Positions 7,305-11,178 of a stretch of DNA of 11,178 nt are shown piece by piece (positions within the stretch are counted from its first letter, which is position 1; each line of letters starts with the position of its first letter). The DNA is taken from contig JAEOTE010000073.1 of assembly GCA_016839945.1 (NCBI GenBank), positions 1 through 11,178 on the forward strand. The letters are read 5' to 3'. The DNA is from Candidatus Heimdallarchaeota archaeon. GTDB taxonomy: Archaea; Asgardarchaeota; Heimdallarchaeia; Heimdallarchaeales; Heimdallarchaeaceae. The notes beneath the pieces were generated by a model, which did no database searches, had not been told where the DNA came from, and saw only the letters and a program-made list of their open reading frames with translations. A program made the position numbers and the translations under genes.

Positions 7305-9923
7305 ATGAGGAAGAAAGTCAGTATAACTATTATTTTAATATCTTTAGTAGTATTCTCATGCATCTTCAACAGCCAAGTCAAAGCAGAGGAAACAGTAAAT
7401 GTTCTTCTTGTAGGTTCTGAAATAGAAAATGCTTTTCTGGAAAGAATTACTCTTGATCCATTATTTTCAATTACCAACCAGAGTTATGTTGGTACCGATC
7501 TTACAGAAGTAGACTGTCTAGTTCTTTTAGATTACAATCCTACATGGGAGGAGATTTTGTTATTAAATTCTTTTGACGAAGGGTTAGTAATTTTCGTTGG
7601 AGAAAATCTAGCAAGTAATTCAAGTCTTCTAGTTAATCTAGGTTTCAGCACATCTTCCTCTGCAAGTATTTTCGAAGATTATTCTTTACCTGTAATTACA
7701 GAGGATGGAAACAATCATTCAATAATAGAAGAAATTCAATGGAATTCAGTTCCAACTCTAGCAAATTATACTGATTTAGATTTAACTGGGGTGGCTTTAG
7801 TTGAAACAAGCTCTGATAGTGTGAATCCTGGCTTCCCTCTAATCACTTCTCATAATGATGGTAAAAATATTGTAATGAATTTTTATCCATTAATGGACTT
7901 TAACACTGAATTTATTGAATGGCCATTCTTTAACTATTTCCTATATCTATCAATGACTACTACATCTAATAATCCAACTTTATCTTATGCAAAATGGAAA
8001 TATTCGCCTGTCCCTCATGCTTTAGAAACCACTATCTTAGGAGTTTCTGTTTTATTGACAATTGCAGCCACTGGTATAGGCTTTATTTATGCTAGAAAAT
8101 ATACAAAAAATAATCCTATTAAAAAAGAAGATCTTAAAGAGATAAGTAAGGAAATAAAAACAGATGAGAAATGGGAGGATGTAGGAATGCACCGGCAACT
8201 TGGTGGATTTTTAGTTCAGTTGTTTGTTGGTCTTCTTATCATTTTGCCAAATGTAGTAATGAGTGCTTTAGTGTTCCCATTAATTATATTACCAAGTCCT
8301 CAAGCAGCAGGATTTTATGACTTTACAATACGATTTTTTGAAGCTCTTTGGTTATTCTTTGATTTAGGTACATCAATAGTTCTTGTTAAATTCTTTAGCG
8401 AACACAGAGTAAAAAGACCACAACAAGCAATTAAATATGTTCAACTATTTGTTTGGTTCCAAATGTTATCAGGCATAGCACAATTATTCTTGATTTCATT
8501 TTTAGGCTCTATGATATTCCCTCATACATTCTTAGCCCATATGACTTGGATTTTTGTAACACATGCATTTTTCCAATGGCCAGCATTCTTCTTAGTTTTC
8601 ATGTATCTTTTTCAAGCAATGAATAGAATAGATTACTACCAAATACTCAATATACTTCTTTATGGAATATTGAATATCTCACTGCAATATGTAGTGATAG
8701 TAATTTTCCGATCCACTTTAGGTAAGAATCCTATTTTTGGAGATGGATTAGCAGGTGCAATAGGATACAGCATTGGTTTTTATGTGATTCAAGTGACTTC
8801 TTTCTTCATTGGATTATGGATGTTCAAAAGGTTAGGATTTTCCCTGAAATCTATTTTCAGGATAGATTTTTCATGGGTTGAGATTAAAGAAGCTTTCAGA
8901 TTCGGTCTCAAGTGGATGATGGGCGCTATTCTACCTCCATTAGGGTGGTTTATCCAATTATATTTATTATCAAACTTTTTACCTAACTACACTCAACAAC
9001 AAGGATATTTCTCAATTGCTTGGAATTTTGCTTTGATTGTAATGCTTGTTGGTCTCTTTGCTCAAGGAATACTACCTGCAATCTCTGAATCTTATCACGC
9101 TAAAAAGAAGGCTCTAACTAGATACTATACGGTTAGTGCTCTAAAATGGAGTGCATATTTTGATTGGTATCTTGTTGCTGGTTTAGCAGCTGTAGGTTGG
9201 AGATTTATTTTAGGTGGTGCAGGTGCAGAATGGGCAGATGCTTCAATTTTAATAATTTGGTTCTTAATCTTCCATTCTATAGGTTACTTCTCATGGCTAG
9301 GTGATTGGGCTTTTGCAGGCTCTGATAGACCTGGCTGGGCAGCAATTAGTTGGGTTATAGAACAAGTTTTACGTGCTGCAATACTTGTAATATGCATTCC
9401 AAGGTATGCTTTCTTTAGTAAAACCTTTGGTTCCCCAATGGTTGCAATTATGTTTGCATACTTTCCAGCTTTAATTGTAAAGAACATATTCATGTGGTGG
9501 CAAATAAGACGCGATGATTATTTCAAATTTAAATGGAAGGATTTACTTTGGCAAGGTGTAGCTGCACCTTTATTCGCTGCAGCATTATTATTCGGAATTT
9601 TCGAAGGTCTATTTAGGTTGATTTGGCAAGGAGAAATTATTACTTCTGTTGTAATACTACTTATTGGGACTTTGGTAGGATTATACATTTTTGCTTTTCT
9701 AGCCAGCTGGTTTGGAGCTTTTGATGATAATACTCTTGAAGAATTTAAAAAAGCAACTGGAATGGCAAAAGGTTTTGGATTCATGGCTAAACCATTGTAC
9801 AAAGTTACTGAATGGGCTTCAAAAATTTCCCCACTTCATAATAAATTCAAGATTTCTATTTATGAAGAAGCATTGAAAGAAGCTACAGCTCTAACCGAAG
9901 AAAAAACTAAATTAGTTATATAA
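7305..9923 (+). CDS. MOP-superfamily (Wzx/MurJ/RFT1-like) oligosaccharide-lipid flippase with an N-terminal signal peptide and extracellular GATase1-like domain
   Basis: Signal peptide MRKKVSITIILISLVVFSCIFNSQVKA, a soluble domain of about 215 aa, a TM helix at aa ~242-263 and a charged linker. About 14 hydrophobic segments follow, with Wzx-like signatures (AGFY...FFDLGTSIVLVKFFSE, KEAFRFG, QGYFSIAWN...ILPAISESY). Confidence 0.78.
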   Translation: MRKKVSITIILISLVVFSCIFNSQVKAEETVNVLLVGSEIENAFLERITLDPLFSITNQSYVGTDLTEVDCLVLLDYNPTWEEILLLNSFDEGLVIFVGENLASNSSLLVNLGFSTSSSASIFEDYSLPVITEDGNNHSIIEEIQWNSVPTLANYTDLDLTGVALVETSSDSVNPGFPLITSHNDGKNIVMNFYPLMDFNTEFIEWPFFNYFLYLSMTTTSNNPTLSYAKWKYSPVPHALETTILGVSVLLTIAATGIGFIYARKYTKNNPIKKEDLKEISKEIKTDEKWEDVGMHRQLGGFLVQLFVGLLIILPNVVMSALVFPLIILPSPQAAGFYDFTIRFFEALWLFFDLGTSIVLVKFFSEHRVKRPQQAIKYVQLFVWFQMLSGIAQLFLISFLGSMIFPHTFLAHMTWIFVTHAFFQWPAFFLVFMYLFQAMNRIDYYQILNILLYGILNISLQYVVIVIFRSTLGKNPIFGDGLAGAIGYSIGFYVIQVTSFFIGLWMFKRLGFSLKSIFRIDFSWVEIKEAFRFGLKWMMGAILPPLGWFIQLYLLSNFLPNYTQQQGYFSIAWNFALIVMLVGLFAQGILPAISESYHAKKKALTRYYTVSALKWSAYFDWYLVAGLAAVGWRFILGGAGAEWADASILIIWFLIFHSIGYFSWLGDWAFAGSDRPGWAAISWVIEQVLRAAILVICIPRYAFFSKTFGSPMVAIMFAYFPALIVKNIFMWWQIRRDDYFKFKWKDLLWQGVAAPLFAAALLFGIFEGLFRLIWQGEIITSVVILLIGTLVGLYIFAFLASWFGAFDDNTLEEFKKATGMAKGFGFMAKPLYKVTEWASKISPLHNKFKISIYEEALKEATALTEEKTKLVI

Positions 9924-9931
9924 AATCCTCT

Positions 9932-10396
9932 TCACTTTTTTTTTGCTTTTATTGCTGAATTAACAGTTTTCTTAATCCATTCTTCAATATTAGCATCTTC
10001 AGCAATCTCATAACAATATTCCCAGTGTTCACCAGCGATTAAACCCATTAAAGATATTTTCTTAAATTTCCTCGGTTTATTAGAAGTGGTCGAAAAAAGG
10101 AAAAGTAATCTTGCAGCTTTGTTTTTTAATTTTTTCTTATTTAAAGAGAAATCCAAAGGTATTTCATCATCTTGAAGAGTAATTGCAACATCTTCTATAT
10201 CTGTATTGAGAGTAGCAAATTTGGTTAAAGCTAGTAGAGAATAATTTCTAACCCAATCTATTCTAGATGATACTAAAGCGTGGTTGTAAAGTGAAGTTAG
10301 ACATCCTTCTTTAATCAGGTTCTGGAGTGCTGATCTTCTCGCTTCATCACCCAAAGAAGGAGTAGTAACAATTCTGTCGTATTTGCTGCAATTCAT
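9932..10396 (-). CDS. Hypothetical basic helical protein, 154 aa from the ATG at 10396, with weak HEAT/ARM-like motifs
   Basis: The ORF fills the gap. The ATG at 10396 is preferred over the TTG at 10417 because the BRE-TATA at 10420-10432 sits about 23 nt upstream of it. Contains the motifs DEARRSALQNL and DWVRNYSLLALTKF. Confidence 0.7.
   Translation of the reverse strand: MNCSKYDRIVTTPSLGDEARRSALQNLIKEGCLTSLYNHALVSSRIDWVRNYSLLALTKFATLNTDIEDVAITLQDDEIPLDFSLNKKKLKNKAARLLFLFSTTSNKPRKFKKISLMGLIAGEHWEYCYEIAEDANIEEWIKKTVNSAIKAKKK
9935..9950 (+). terminator. Oligo-T terminator candidate for the flippase gene, overlapping the 3' end of the convergent ORF
   Basis: CTTTTTTTTTGCTTTT starts 12 nt after the TAA at 9921-9923. 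Confidence 0.5.
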
Positions 10397-10419
10397 TAAC
10401 AATAATAACTCAATCAATC

Positions 10420-10466
10420 AAATAAACTTTCGTAAATAATGATTAAAGACAAAGTTTTTTTATTTA
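10420..10466. promoter_or_regulatory. Back-to-back divergent BRE-TATA promoters
   Basis: Minus strand CGAAAG-TTTATTT (10420-10432) and plus strand GACAAAG-TTTTTTTATTTA (10448-10466). Together they form an AAACTTT...AAAGTTT inverted repeat. Confidence 0.55.
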
Positions 10467-10485
10467 AGTGAATGCTGGAGTTTTC

Positions 10486-11004
10486 ATGGATTCAGTCACA
10501 CATGGAAGCGTTTCAGTTCTCATTGGATTGATTTTTTCTGTGTTTTATGATGAAATCCCCATTTGGTTGTTGATTTTAGTGATGTTTGTATTTGGAGTAT
10601 TGGTAGATTATGATCATTACTTCTATTACAAAAAGAAATTCCCTGAGAGTAGAATTTGGAACCTTCCTAAACTCATAAAAATCTACTTCCAAACTCTTGA
10701 TGAGAGAGATGAATTTATTTATCATACTTGGCTACAAGAGCCATTCGGAGTTCTTGTTGTAGGAGGTATAAGTTACTTACTTTTCGGTGTAACAAATTTC
10801 TATCCTCCTGTAGCAATTCTTGCAAGTAGCTGCTTTGCTGCTCATTATTTGGTAGATCTGCTATCTGGAAAAATGAAACCTTTAGCTCCATTTAATAACA
10901 AAATAACAATAGATTTGAAGATCTTACCCGCTAACTCTTTTACTGCTGCAAGTATTTCTCTTATTGCTTTTCTTGTTGGATTACTAGTTTATATCTTGAT
11001 TTGA
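10486..11004 (+). CDS. Membrane-bound metal-dependent hydrolase (YdjM-like family)
   Basis: MDSVTH, GVLVDYDH, YHTWLQE, AAHYLVD and KPLAPF motifs plus about 5 TM helices. The start is placed at the ATG at 10486 (GGAG at 10477-10480; family members start MxxxTH) rather than the GTG at 10468. Confidence 0.8.
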   Translation: MDSVTHGSVSVLIGLIFSVFYDEIPIWLLILVMFVFGVLVDYDHYFYYKKKFPESRIWNLPKLIKIYFQTLDERDEFIYHTWLQEPFGVLVVGGISYLLFGVTNFYPPVAILASSCFAAHYLVDLLSGKMKPLAPFNNKITIDLKILPANSFTAASISLIAFLVGLLVYILI

Positions 11005-11070
11005 TGAGAAAATCACGAAAAATAGGTTTTTCTCGATAAATTTTTGTACTTATAGTTAAATGTACTGACA

Positions 11071-11178
11071 ATGTCTGCTGAAATGGTAGGAAAAGTTCCA
11101 TCTTGGTTAGTGAAATTCTTAGTTAACAAAGTCGTCAGAAGGAAAATGATGCAATATAACACAGTTGTTCTTCCTGAA
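11071..11178 (+). CDS. N-terminal fragment of an unidentified protein (runs off the window)
   Basis: ATG at 11071, open to the end: MSAEMVGKVPSWLVKFLVNKVVRRKMMQYNTVVLPE. It looks like an amphipathic helix and has an AT-rich upstream region. Only 36 codons are visible. Confidence 0.5.
   Translation, partial: MSAEMVGKVPSWLVKFLVNKVVRRKMMQYNTVVLPE

Noticed and set aside
7350-7361. Lipobox (VFSC) in the flippase N-terminus
   Set aside because: Poor match to the [LVI][ASTVI][GAS]C consensus; a signal peptidase I site (VKA|EE) fits better.
7280-7477. 65-aa minus-strand ORF
   Set aside because: Antisense to the flippase signal-peptide region with no promoter or motif support.
9284-9802. Two minus-strand ORFs (69 aa and 94 aa)
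   Set aside because: Antisense shadows of hydrophobic flippase helices.
11002-11040. Eukaryote-like SECIS (ATGA...AAA...GA) with UGA readthrough
   Set aside because: The helix above the putative GA quartet pairs poorly in the required register. Readthrough would add only UUENHEK after a TM helix, and no upstream gene has an in-frame UGA at a Cys-type position.

Overview
An AT-rich, gene-dense stretch of archaeal chromosome. BRE/TATA-type promoters sit about 20-40 nt upstream of most start codons and oligo-T tracts act as likely terminators. The gene content would fit an Asgard-like archaeon, but that assignment is inference. Gene order: a 5'-truncated, divergent gatE, then gatD (Glu-tRNA(Gln) amidotransferase); a TM0106-family RecB-like/RNase H-like nuclease; a thioredoxin-reductase-fold flavoprotein lacking CxxC (ferredoxin-NADP+ reductase type); a minus-strand pair (COG1751/MTH1675-like protein plus a CTP-dependent polyprenol/dolichol kinase-like protein); a 140-aa orphan; an 872-aa MOP-superfamily flippase fused to a secreted GATase1-like ectodomain; a basic orphan with HEAT-like motifs; a YdjM-like membrane metal hydrolase; and the start of a further ORF. 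I see no tRNA, rRNA, CRISPR array, transposase or long repeat. The window is mostly housekeeping and I cannot demonstrate a new multi-gene system. The best leads are the ectodomain-flippase fusion (possibly part of a lipid-carrier module), the nuclease with a degenerate PD-(D/E)XK site but intact Fe-S and DEDD motifs, and the atypical gatE-gatD pair. All family calls come from recalled motifs, not database searches.
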